DNA of 64,000 bases, from positions 16,463-80,462 of the forward strand of contig CAZMIM010000003.1 of NCBI GenBank assembly GCA_964566505.1. Reading direction: 5' to 3'. The notes under the pieces are model-generated. The model was not told the origin of the DNA. It worked only from the letters and a program-made list of their open reading frames with translations, and searched no databases. Positions within the stretch are counted from its first letter, which is position 1. The number at the start of each line of letters is the position of its first letter. Positions 46,785-55,503 of this stretch are shown piece by piece. Position numbers and translations under genes: made by a program. This DNA is from an uncultured Candidatus Saccharibacteria bacterium. Its GTDB lineage: Bacteria > Patescibacteriota > Minisyncoccia > Phycocordibacterales > PCTT01.

Positions 46785-47159
46785 ATGACAAATTTCAATA
46801 TAAAAACTACAAATATCGAAATGACAGACGCAATTAGCTCTTATCTAGACAAGCGTCTTTCAAAGCTTGATAAATTTATGAAAAAGGATGAGCCAGCAGT
46901 AGGGCAGGTAGAGATTGGAACCATTACTCGCGGTCAAAATTCAGGAGATATTTTCCGCGCAGAGATAAACCTTTCTCTTGGTGGACACTCATTCAGAGCT
47001 GAGTCTGAGAAAGATGATTTATATAAGGCAATAGATGATGCACAAGATGAGATGATACGACAGCTTAAGTCATTTAAAAACAAACAACGCTCAATGGAGA
47101 GAAAAGGAGGATATCAGCTAAAGAAACTTCTAAAGTTTAGAGGACGTAAACTTCGTTAA
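46785..47159 (+). CDS. hpf: Ribosome hibernation factor HPF/RaiA
   Basis: NIEMTDAI..Y...RL.KL, AE....DLYKAID. Confidence 0.88.
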   Translation: MTNFNIKTTNIEMTDAISSYLDKRLSKLDKFMKKDEPAVGQVEIGTITRGQNSGDIFRAEINLSLGGHSFRAESEKDDLYKAIDDAQDEMIRQLKSFKNKQRSMERKGGYQLKKLLKFRGRKLR

Positions 47160-47160
47160 T

Positions 47161-47790
47161 ATGTTAGAGAAAGGGAATACAACACTATATGTTATTATCA
47201 GCCTTTTGATTATTGCGGTTGTTGCTGGTGGAGTATGGCTTTTCACACGAGACAAGGGGCAAACCGATGAGGTGGTAGATGATACCGATATTACAATTGA
47301 TATAAACAGTAACACTATGATATTGCATACAAATAAGGGGAAAATAGTTTTGGAGCTATTTAGAGATAACGCTCCAAACACAGTAGAGAACTTTGAAGAG
47401 CTTTCAAAAGCCGGATTTTATGATGGAACACGATTCCACCGAGTTGTTGATGGGTTCATGATTCAAGGTGGTGATCCATTTTCAAAAGATATTTCACTAC
47501 AAGACAGGTGGGGGACAGGAGGCCCAGGATACACATTTGATGATGAGATTTATCCAGAGAACAACAATGCCAGAGGAACTATCTCAATGGCTAATGCTGG
47601 CCCAAACACAAATGGTTCACAATTCTTTATAAACACTGCAGACAACACATTTCTCAATCCAAAGCACACAGTATTTGGGCGAGTAGTAGAGGGAATGGAT
47701 GTAGTAGAAGCTATTAGTAAGTCAGACACCGACCCAGCAGATCGGCCACTCCAAGAAGTAGTAATAGAGAGAGTAGAAGTAGTGCAATAA
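47161..47790 (+). CDS. Cyclophilin-type peptidyl-prolyl isomerase, membrane anchored
   Basis: FHRVVDGFMIQGGDP, SMANAGPNTNGSQFFI, HTVFG. Confidence 0.95.
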   Translation: MLEKGNTTLYVIISLLIIAVVAGGVWLFTRDKGQTDEVVDDTDITIDINSNTMILHTNKGKIVLELFRDNAPNTVENFEELSKAGFYDGTRFHRVVDGFMIQGGDPFSKDISLQDRWGTGGPGYTFDDEIYPENNNARGTISMANAGPNTNGSQFFINTADNTFLNPKHTVFGRVVEGMDVVEAISKSDTDPADRPLQEVVIERVEVVQ

Positions 47791-48058
47791 AAAAAGGACC
47801 AAATCTTACAGGATTTGATCCTCCTTGAAAGCGCTTTCAGAGCGTTTTTTTGGAATCGTGAGCTCTTACGAGGGCAGTTCAAGTTTTTGATGTAGCAAAC
47901 TTCGTGGGTGCTTACTTGAGTGTGGGTGTCGTGTGCACATGGCAGACGATCTTACACCACCTTTTTGTCCTTACGAGACTTGCTACTGTCTCCATGAGTT
48001 TAGTTGGGCAATCGCGTCTGTGTTACCAGCGCGGATGTGTGGCTAATCTCCGGGCATA
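47790..48058 (-). ncRNA. Candidate structured small RNA (or sORF transcript)
   Basis: TTGACA-16-TGcTATTAT promoter at 48091..48064, several hairpins, terminator at 47790..47822; only ORFs under 30 aa. Confidence 0.3.
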
Positions 48059-48107
48059 TGAGTATAATAGCATATACTTCATATTTGTCAATACTTTATA
48101 TATTGTC

Positions 48108-48157
48108 CAACGGCTCAACTTTTTGTATAGCCGCCTGCCTGCCGGCAGGCAGGTTGA
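48108..48157. repeat. AACGGCTCAACTT palindrome interrupted by the perfect palindrome CCTGCCTGCCGGCAGGCAGG (48134..48153)
   Basis: Direct reading of the sequence. Confidence 0.7.
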
Positions 48158-48180
48158 AAAGGGCCTTATAGGGCCCTTTT

Positions 48181-49023
48181 TTAGTTTTTATATTCTTGCT
48201 CTTTTTTACCCTCAGGAATAACTTTTTTAATAACAAGTTCTCCGTCTTTCATTTCAGCCTCGGTAATAATGATTCGTTTATTGTTCTCATCAAAGAAATA
48301 TGCTCTAGGCCACTCACTATACGCTCTTATTTTAAGAAGGTTTTTATATGCGTCATCAGAGAGGTTTATCTCTGCATCCTCTTTTTTAATCTTTGTACAA
48401 AATGTTGCTTGTTCATGGTCTTGCTCCTGTGGCTCTAGCGCTCCTTCAACCCACTCTGTGATAGTTCTACATAATAGCTCTCCACCAGATTCTGCGAGCA
48501 ATGTACGAAGCTCGTTTGCACGCATTGGCCAATATGGAGTATCGACTACTTCTTGCTCAAGTATTGGACCGTGGTCCATTTTCTCATCCATAAGCATAAT
48601 AGTGACACCCGCAAACTCTTCGTCATTTAAAATCTGTGCCTCTATAGGAGAAGCTCCACGCCATTTTGGAAGTAGGGAAGGATGAACATTAAGTGTTTTG
48701 TGTTTTGGCACATAAAGCACTTCTTTTGGCATTATTTTTCCATATGATGCCACCACAGCTATGTCGGGACTATATTCGCTATATTTTGAAAGAAAATCTG
48801 CATCAAGAGATTCTGGTTGCCACACCTCTATATTATTTTTTTCTGCCCACACTTTTACATCAGGTGATTGAAGTTCAAGTCCACGACCGGCTTTTCTGTC
48901 GGGCATTGTTATTACAAGAAATGGCGCCAGGTCATATTCATGAAGTTTTTCTAAAATATTTACAGAGAAATCATCTGTTCCAAAAAATACTAATTTCATT
49001 TTTGTATTATCATTTTTATTCAT
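48181..49023 (-). CDS. fmt: Methionyl-tRNA formyltransferase
   Basis: VFFGT, PDRKAGRG, NVHPSLLPKWRGASP, MDHGP; start at ATG 49023. Confidence 0.96.
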   Translation of the reverse strand: MNKNDNTKMKLVFFGTDDFSVNILEKLHEYDLAPFLVITMPDRKAGRGLELQSPDVKVWAEKNNIEVWQPESLDADFLSKYSEYSPDIAVVASYGKIMPKEVLYVPKHKTLNVHPSLLPKWRGASPIEAQILNDEEFAGVTIMLMDEKMDHGPILEQEVVDTPYWPMRANELRTLLAESGGELLCRTITEWVEGALEPQEQDHEQATFCTKIKKEDAEINLSDDAYKNLLKIRAYSEWPRAYFFDENNKRIIITEAEMKDGELVIKKVIPEGKKEQEYKN

Positions 49024-49033
49024 AATATACTTT

Positions 49034-49300
49034 TTATTCCAAAGTTCTGCAGAACTTGAGAGCTCGGTTTCCAAGTTTTGTTAGTTTGTATCTAACACTA
49101 TGACCCTCGTTCCTTTTCATAACTAATCCAGTAAGTGTGAGCTTTCTCATGTGTTCTCCAGTGGTTCTAAAGTCTATATTTAATTTTTCTGCGATTTCAA
49201 TATTGGATAATTCGGGTGTTTTGGCGAGCAGGCTCATGACTTCTATTCTCCTATGGTTTGCGAATCCTTTTATTATTTTTTCTATATTTTTGTATCGCAT
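49034..49300 (-). CDS. ArsR-like winged helix-turn-helix protein
   Basis: FANHRRIEVM.LL, LS..EIAEKL, T.EH.RKL...GLV, Y.LT..G. Confidence 0.8.
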   Translation of the reverse strand: MRYKNIEKIIKGFANHRRIEVMSLLAKTPELSNIEIAEKLNIDFRTTGEHMRKLTLTGLVMKRNEGHSVRYKLTKLGNRALKFCRTLE

Positions 49301-49330
49301 ATTTAATCCTAGGTTCTGCAGAAATTGAGA
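49042..49330. repeat. 20-bp imperfect direct repeats with palindromic TTCTGCAGAA core bracketing the wHTH gene
   Basis: 49042..49061 AAGTTCTGCAGAACTTGAGA vs 49311..49330 AGGTTCTGCAGAAATTGAGA (18/20). Confidence 0.8.
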
Positions 49331-49332
49331 AG

Positions 49333-49842
49333 TTATTCTTTTGGCGGATCATACTCCTCAAGGTCATTTGCTTTGTCTACAAAAAGAATCCCATCGAGGT
49401 GGTCTATTTCATGTTGAAATATTTGAGCCACAAGCCCACTACCTCCCATTTGAAATTTCTCTCCATTCTCATCAAGCGCTTCTACTGTGGCTTGCTTGGC
49501 TCGGTCTACTTTTCCATACCACCAGCGCACCGAGAGACATCCTTCTTCCATCGGAACCTTTTCTTTTGACTGGTTTGTAATTTCTGGATTTATAAAAACC
49601 TTACTTTTTGTGTAGTCATATAGCTCTTCTTCTTTTTTGAGTACTTTGTGTGATATTACAAAAATTCTCACTGACTCATTGATTTGAGGTGCAGCAATAG
49701 CCACCCCATCCTCTTGTCCGTGGAGTGTTTCTTTCATTTCATGTATTACACCTTGGATGTAGTCGCTCTTTATCTCATCAGGAGATACAACTCTTGCTAC
49801 TTCTCTTAGTGTTTCGTGTCCTTTTTGAATAATCTCTTTCAT
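49333..49842 (-). CDS. def: Peptide deformylase
   Basis: GVAIAAPQI, EGCLS, QHEIDHLDG. Confidence 0.96.
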   Translation of the reverse strand: MKEIIQKGHETLREVARVVSPDEIKSDYIQGVIHEMKETLHGQEDGVAIAAPQINESVRIFVISHKVLKKEEELYDYTKSKVFINPEITNQSKEKVPMEEGCLSVRWWYGKVDRAKQATVEALDENGEKFQMGGSGLVAQIFQHEIDHLDGILFVDKANDLEEYDPPKE

Positions 49843-49858
49843 TTACTCTATTCTACGT

Positions 49859-49995
49859 TGTGGCGGGATAAAAACAAAGCGCCCGGGCCGTTTTCCTATC
49901 TCCTCTTTGAAGATTCAGAAACGACGCGGGCGCTTGCGTGGAACGGGACTTTCCCGCCTTAAGCCACAGTCACGCATCATGAGCATGACGAACTT
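49859..49995 (-). ncRNA. Candidate structured RNA upstream of def
   Basis: GC-rich non-coding island with nested stems GGCGGGA/TCCCGCC, AAGCGCCCG/CGGGCGCTT and GTCATGC/GCGTGAC; TTGACA upstream. Confidence 0.35.
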
Positions 49996-50026
49996 ACTTT
50001 AAATTATAAACAAGGTCTGTCAATAC

Positions 50027-50287
50027 TTATTGCTTTAGGAGCCAATTGAAAAGCGCTTGAGGGTTTTTGCCAGACTGAGCTTTTTTTATAAGGCTGTGCA
50101 TATCTTTTGGTGAATATTTTTTAAGCCGTCCGTTCCAGTATTTGTAACGCACTTTTGATTTTGAAGTTTCTTTTTTGTATGGCTCACCCATAAATGCCAT
50201 AACTGCATGTATCGCTTCTTGGCGTTCGTTCTCGATAGAGATTTTTCGCTTTTTCTCTAAATATTCTTCTGGGCTTGGTAGATCCAT
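50027..50287 (-). CDS. Hypothetical basic protein
   Basis: 86 aa ending in GKNPQALFNWLLK; host-like codon usage. Confidence 0.65.
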   Translation of the reverse strand: MDLPSPEEYLEKKRKISIENERQEAIHAVMAFMGEPYKKETSKSKVRYKYWNGRLKKYSPKDMHSLIKKAQSGKNPQALFNWLLKQ

Positions 50288-50367
50288 ATACATATTATAT
50301 AGACATAGAGTACAAGAAAAAACAACATATATTTGCGTTCCTTTTAAAACGCAATTACTATATATTC

Positions 50368-51381
50368 ATGTCTTTTTTCTCAAAGCAACTTGGAATTGAT
50401 CTTGGTACTGCAAACACACTCGTGTTTTCACCAGGAGAGGGAATAATACTAAATGAGCCATCAGTAGTGGCGGTATCGCTCGATGACAATAAAGTGGTGG
50501 CGGTAGGTCTTGAAGCAAAACAAATGGTTGGGCGAACCCCTGACAACATCGTGGCGTACAGGCCTATGAAAGATGGAGTTATAGCTGACTATCGTGTGAC
50601 CGAGGCTATGCTTTCGTACTATATAAATAAAGCACTTGGTAAGTGGAACTTTTTCAAACCAGAAGTGCTCGTGTCGGTGCCAGCGGGAGTAACATCTACA
50701 GAGCGACGTGCGGTGGTAGAGGCGGCCATAAAGGCGGGTGCAAAAAATGCATATATTGTAAAAGAGCCTATTCTTGCAGCTATTGGCGCTGGTGTACCTA
50801 TTCATGAAGCGCAGGGGCACATGATTGTTGATATTGGCGGAGGTACTACAGATGTTGCGGTGATTTCGCTTGGAGGGATTGTTGCATCAACATCTGTGAA
50901 ATGTGCTGGAACACGAGTGGATCATGCGATTATGGATTATGTAAAGAAAACATTTAACCTATCTATAGGAGAGAAAACAGCAGAGCATATAAAAATCACA
51001 GTAGGTTCTGCGGTGTCCATGGACGAAGAGCTTGTAATGAAAATAAAAGGACGAGACTTTGTTACAGGGCTTCCGCGTACTACAGAAATCACTACAAATG
51101 AAATAGTAAAAGCTATACGAAAAGAGCTTCGTGAAATGATAAAGGCCATAAAAGACGTGCTTCAAGACACTCCACCAGAGCTTGCATCAGATATTATCGA
51201 CATAGGAATTCTGATGACAGGAGGTTCTTCTCAACTTCGCCACTTCCCAGAGCTCGTATACAGACGAACAGGCGTGCGGGCACGACTCGCAAAAGATCCT
51301 CTTTATTGTGTAGTGAAGGGGACGGGTGTTGCTCTTGAGCATCTTGATACATACAAGAAGAGCATCGTAGCTAAACGGTAA
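50368..51381 (+). CDS. mreB: Rod shape-determining actin MreB/Mbl, copy 1
   Basis: GIDLGTANT, EPSVVA, DIGGGTT, GRD.VTGLP, TGG; start at ATG 50368. Confidence 0.92.
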   Translation: MSFFSKQLGIDLGTANTLVFSPGEGIILNEPSVVAVSLDDNKVVAVGLEAKQMVGRTPDNIVAYRPMKDGVIADYRVTEAMLSYYINKALGKWNFFKPEVLVSVPAGVTSTERRAVVEAAIKAGAKNAYIVKEPILAAIGAGVPIHEAQGHMIVDIGGGTTDVAVISLGGIVASTSVKCAGTRVDHAIMDYVKKTFNLSIGEKTAEHIKITVGSAVSMDEELVMKIKGRDFVTGLPRTTEITTNEIVKAIRKELREMIKAIKDVLQDTPPELASDIIDIGILMTGGSSQLRHFPELVYRRTGVRARLAKDPLYCVVKGTGVALEHLDTYKKSIVAKR

Positions 51382-51382
51382 T

Positions 51383-52051
51383 ATGAATATAAACACAGAC
51401 AGCCTCCATCACGCATATCTTCTCGAGGGCGATATTTCGTATACACGCAATCAGGTGCGTGATTTTTTAAAAAATAAACTTGAAATGGATGTCTTGGGGA
51501 ATGCAGATGTGCGAGACGAACATATCGACACACTCACAATCGATAAGGCGCGGGAAATTGCTACTGCACAACAAAGAAAATCATTTAACTCTCGTTATGT
51601 ATTTGTGCTCTCGTTTGCACAAGCGACCACCGAAGCACAAAATGCACTACTTAAAACATTTGAAGAGCCAGCAGTAGATACACACTTTTTTGTGATTGTG
51701 CCATCTGTTTCTGTTTTGATACCTACACTTCAGTCACGTCTTGTATATGTGGAGTCTGGTATTGGAGACTCAGAAGAGAAAGATACAGTAGCTAAGTTTA
51801 TAAAATCTTCTACAAAAGAGCGTATGGATATTGTGGGTGGACTACTCGAAGAGAAAAGGAAAGAGAGATATGTCGCATTTGTGCAAGAGCTTCAAAGATG
51901 CATATATGATTCTCATAAAAAAAGCAGAGACACAAAAAATATTCACAACCTTGAACTTACACACAACACTCTCTCATACCTATCTGATAGAGGGGCTTCT
52001 CCCAAAATACTACTCGAGCGTCTGGCCGTGTCGTTTGAGAATATGGTATAG
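51383..52051 (+). CDS. holB: DNA polymerase III delta-prime-like subunit
   Basis: HHAYLLEG, ID.ARE, EAQNALLKTFEEP, LIPTLQSR. Confidence 0.8.
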   Translation: MNINTDSLHHAYLLEGDISYTRNQVRDFLKNKLEMDVLGNADVRDEHIDTLTIDKAREIATAQQRKSFNSRYVFVLSFAQATTEAQNALLKTFEEPAVDTHFFVIVPSVSVLIPTLQSRLVYVESGIGDSEEKDTVAKFIKSSTKERMDIVGGLLEEKRKERYVAFVQELQRCIYDSHKKSRDTKNIHNLELTHNTLSYLSDRGASPKILLERLAVSFENMV

Positions 52052-52077
52052 TAGCCACCATATAACACATACAATAT

Positions 52078-52626
52078 ATGACATCAATAAATACATTAGA
52101 TACCAAAATAGATGAGGTGCGTGATTGGCTCACAAAAGAGTTTTCAGCAGTTCGTTCAGGGCGCGCAAGCGTGGCGCTTCTTGATTCTGTTCGCGTTGAC
52201 TCATATGGTTCAAAGGTTCCTCTAAACCAGGTAGGAAATATTACTGTAGAGGACGCACGAACTATTCGTGTGGTGCCTTGGGATACAAGCTTGATTGCAG
52301 AGATTGAAAAGGGTGTAGAGCGCGCAGATCTTGGTGTTTCATCTTCTTCAGATGAAAAAGGTGTACGAATTGCATTTCCAGCACTTACAGAGGAGACACG
52401 AGGAAATATCATTAAGATTGCTAAAGGCAAGCTGGAGCAGGGACGCATTTCTCTTAGAAGTCTTCGAGATGATGTATGGGGTGAGATACAGAACCAAGAA
52501 AAGAATGGGGATATTTCAGAAGACGAAAAATTCCGACTCAAAGAAGAGATGGAAAAGAAAATAAAAAAAGCACAAGACGATTTTGATGCACTCTATGCTA
52601 AAAAAGAGGCTGAAATCGCAGGCTAA
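52078..52626 (+). CDS. frr: Ribosome recycling factor
   Basis: VRSGRAS, YG..VPLNQ, P.LTEE.R, ISED. Confidence 0.96.
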   Translation: MTSINTLDTKIDEVRDWLTKEFSAVRSGRASVALLDSVRVDSYGSKVPLNQVGNITVEDARTIRVVPWDTSLIAEIEKGVERADLGVSSSSDEKGVRIAFPALTEETRGNIIKIAKGKLEQGRISLRSLRDDVWGEIQNQEKNGDISEDEKFRLKEEMEKKIKKAQDDFDALYAKKEAEIAG

Positions 52627-52635
52627 TACACAACT

Positions 52636-53742
52636 ATGACAATTATTATATTTATTATAGTCCTCGCAGTTTTGATTATTGTTCACGAGCTAGGACACTT
52701 TCTATTTGCAAAAACGCGAGGTATTCGTGTAGATGAGTTTGGTCTTGGATTTCCTCCTCGTATTTGGGGTTACAAACCAAAAGGTGGTGAGACTCTTTAC
52801 TCACTAAACAGTATTCCTTTTGGAGGTTTTGTAAGAATATTTGGAGAAAATCCACTTGAGGCGGATGAGATTTCTGGTGCAGACAAAAAGCGAAGCTTTG
52901 CGCACAAGTCACGATGGACACAGGCGTCTGTTTTGTTTGGTGGAGTTTTGTTTAATTTTATTTTTGCATGGCTACTGTTTTCTCTTGGGTTTCTTTCAGG
53001 TTTACCATATGCAGAGACGGGGCGGTATGCAGATAGGGTAGAAGAGCCTCGAGTTCTTATAACAAATGTTTTAGCAGATTCACCGGCAGCACAAGTAGGA
53101 TTTTTGCCAGGTGATGAGATTCTATTTGTTGAATCAAAAACATCATCACTTCAAGACGGAGAGCTGTCAGTTCCAAATATTGTTGGCGCAATACAGAGAA
53201 GTCAGGGGAATCCACTTACTATTTTAGTACGACGCGGAGACACTACATTTAACGGCACACCAACACCCGAGGTGGGTATAGTGGGAGAAGAGTATGGTAT
53301 TGGTATCGCGATGACAAAAGCAGGTACACTGCAGTTGCCCGTACATCACGCTATTGCAGAAGGATTTCGACTTACGGTTTCAATGACGAAGGATGTAACA
53401 GTTGGTTTGTTTGGGGTTATTTATGATGCAGTAAGTGGTAATGGAGGACTTTCAAACCTTACAGGCCCTGTGGGGGTTGCTGGCTTGGTGGGCGATGCGT
53501 CACGGCTTGGCTTTGTACATCTTCTTTCATTCACTGCATTTATCTCTATTCACCTTGCGGTTCTAAACCTTATTCCGTTTCCAGCGCTTGATGGAGGACG
53601 ACTACTATTTTTGGCAATAGAAGGTGTTCGAAGAAGGCGAATTTCACCGAAAGTATTTGCGGTAGTAAATACAATTGGCTTTGCACTTCTGATGATGCTA
53701 CTCTTGGTGGTTACATATAAAGATATTGCGAGACTACTTTAA
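52636..53742 (+). CDS. rseP: RseP-family site-2 protease with PDZ domain
   Basis: HELGH, EFGLGF, SPAAQVG..PGD, NLIPFPALDGG. Confidence 0.93.
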   Translation: MTIIIFIIVLAVLIIVHELGHFLFAKTRGIRVDEFGLGFPPRIWGYKPKGGETLYSLNSIPFGGFVRIFGENPLEADEISGADKKRSFAHKSRWTQASVLFGGVLFNFIFAWLLFSLGFLSGLPYAETGRYADRVEEPRVLITNVLADSPAAQVGFLPGDEILFVESKTSSLQDGELSVPNIVGAIQRSQGNPLTILVRRGDTTFNGTPTPEVGIVGEEYGIGIAMTKAGTLQLPVHHAIAEGFRLTVSMTKDVTVGLFGVIYDAVSGNGGLSNLTGPVGVAGLVGDASRLGFVHLLSFTAFISIHLAVLNLIPFPALDGGRLLFLAIEGVRRRRISPKVFAVVNTIGFALLMMLLLVVTYKDIARLL

Positions 53743-53836
53743 ATTAAAAACAGCTCATATATGAGCTGTTTTTTTATATAAAAAAGCGGAGGTCCAAGTT
53801 TTGGACCTCCGCGTGGCGGAATGTAGTTTTCCGAGG

Positions 53837-54163
53837 TTACGTAGGGTGTGTTCTGAAAGACCATCGTATTGGCGTAGGTCTCCAGAACACAATACCGACA
53901 ACTATCTGCTGAATTGCATTCCAGATACGTTGAAGCTGTTCCTGGGCTGTGATTCGTTTGTGCAGAGGCAGTAACGCTTGATAGTTTACAGCGCCGTCGA
54001 AACGGTCGTCCGTACCATTTGTTAATGCCGCATCAAAAGAGACCAGGTAGATCTCATACGTATCTGGATAGGCCGTGTCTTCCGACATGAGCCGTTCGTA
54101 TTCAGATAATAGGTCGATTCCTCCGTGAACCCCAGGTAGTAGCAGTGCGAGCGTCGCAAGCAT
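53837..54163 (-). CDS. Hypothetical protein (GC-richer)
   Basis: 108-aa ORF with hydrophobic N-terminus, followed by a terminator at 53779..53812. Confidence 0.45.
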   Translation of the reverse strand: MLATLALLLPGVHGGIDLLSEYERLMSEDTAYPDTYEIYLVSFDAALTNGTDDRFDGAVNYQALLPLHKRITAQEQLQRIWNAIQQIVVGIVFWRPTPIRWSFRTHPT

Positions 54164-54407
54164 ATACCGTGTGGGCTTTTGGTTTTCCGGTAAAAGAACA
54201 TTCGACCAAAAGACATCTGACGCAGTAATGCATCTCTTAGGGTCGGACTATCTAATATACAAAAAAGAATAAAATAATGCAACAAAAAAGCGGGGCTCAG
54301 AACTGAAACTGTGTTCAGAACTGAACCCCGCAAGATTCATGTAATGCCCAATTACCCTAGACTTTCAAGGGGTGGTGGTTACGGAAGACTCGGCCGAGAA
54401 CCAGGAG

Positions 54408-55289
54408 CTACAGCAACTGGTTGAAGGCCGGGTCGTCGTCTGCGTGAACGGGTACCGTCGTAAGGGCCATCGCGTTCGCCATGCAAGAAGGCGTCATGAT
54501 ATGCGATCGGTCCTTGTCGTCCGCGGTTCGTGCCTGTTGGGTGGTCGTACGTGCAATAGCGTCCCCAATCGTGGAATTCGCGTAGTCCGTACCTACTGCA
54601 TCGTCGGTCAGCTGACCGGTCGGTGTCGTAATCTCCGAGACTGCATCCTGCTTCATGCCGGATTGCTGTCCCTGGGTCGTCATGGCTTGACCGCCAGAGT
54701 CGATGATCACCGCAGCGTAGTTACCCGTCGTTGGGTTGTCGATGTATTCCTGGATCGTAACGGGTTGTCGACAAGTGCTGACCACAAGCTCGTCGTTGTC
54801 CAGAGTACCACCGGCACTCTTGTCCATCGTGGCGCCCTCGAAGTTGCTTTTGGTGCCAATGAACTCTCCGCCGGAGAATTCGTCGACCTCGGCAACATGG
54901 GTGCTGTAGTCACGCACGCCGACCGAAGTCGTCGGGTGTACGATGGCGTCGGACGGAACTGGGTTGATGTCAAATACAGAAGTATTCAGAGTGAAGGATG
55001 CCGGCCAGTTGGTATGGGCGAAGCCCAACACCTCCATGGACGTATCGTCCATCTTTACCGCATGAACCGTAGCGACGAACTCGACCGACATGTTGAAGTC
55101 AGTCGTACCGGACATGACTACTCCCGATGATGCAGGAACGATGGCCGTAGACGTGGTATGAACCTCTCCGTTGGTGAACACCGTACCGGTGTCATAATCG
55201 AAGGTGTACGCAAGTGTGGTCGTGGGTCCGAATGCCGTCAGCATTAGGACCGCCAGACACGGAAGGATCAGCAGGGAGCGGATCTTCAT
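54408..55289 (-). CDS. Hypothetical secreted Thr/Asp-rich protein, GC-rich
   Basis: MKIRSLLILPCLAVLMLTAFGPTTTLA signal peptide, strong C/G third-position bias, own TTGACA promoter region and terminator. Confidence 0.7.
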   Translation of the reverse strand: MKIRSLLILPCLAVLMLTAFGPTTTLAYTFDYDTGTVFTNGEVHTTSTAIVPASSGVVMSGTTDFNMSVEFVATVHAVKMDDTSMEVLGFAHTNWPASFTLNTSVFDINPVPSDAIVHPTTSVGVRDYSTHVAEVDEFSGGEFIGTKSNFEGATMDKSAGGTLDNDELVVSTCRQPVTIQEYIDNPTTGNYAAVIIDSGGQAMTTQGQQSGMKQDAVSEITTPTGQLTDDAVGTDYANSTIGDAIARTTTQQARTADDKDRSHIMTPSCMANAMALTTVPVHADDDPAFNQLL

Positions 55290-55503
55290 GTGATACACCA
55301 TTTGTTGGGTGAAAAGAACGTGGAATGGTACGCATACTTCTAGGAAAAACCGAGTTGTAGTACGTATTAGGGAAAATGATATCAAAAAATAGTATTTTGT
55401 CAAACAATATTTGTGGAGAGGTGTCAAGATTTGTAAAAATAGCCTCTTTTGACCCTGTATCTGCTTTCAAGTACAATTACCATACATTAAAGAGAGGCTA
55501 AAA

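Noticed and set aside
49940-49960. GGGAAAGTCC as an RNase P RNA or cobalamin riboswitch signature
   Set aside because: The partner motifs and required length are absent; kept only as an unassigned structured RNA.
54372-55130. 252-aa plus-strand ORF
   Set aside because: Arg/Val-rich shadow of the GC-rich minus-strand gene, which has the signal peptide, promoter and terminator.
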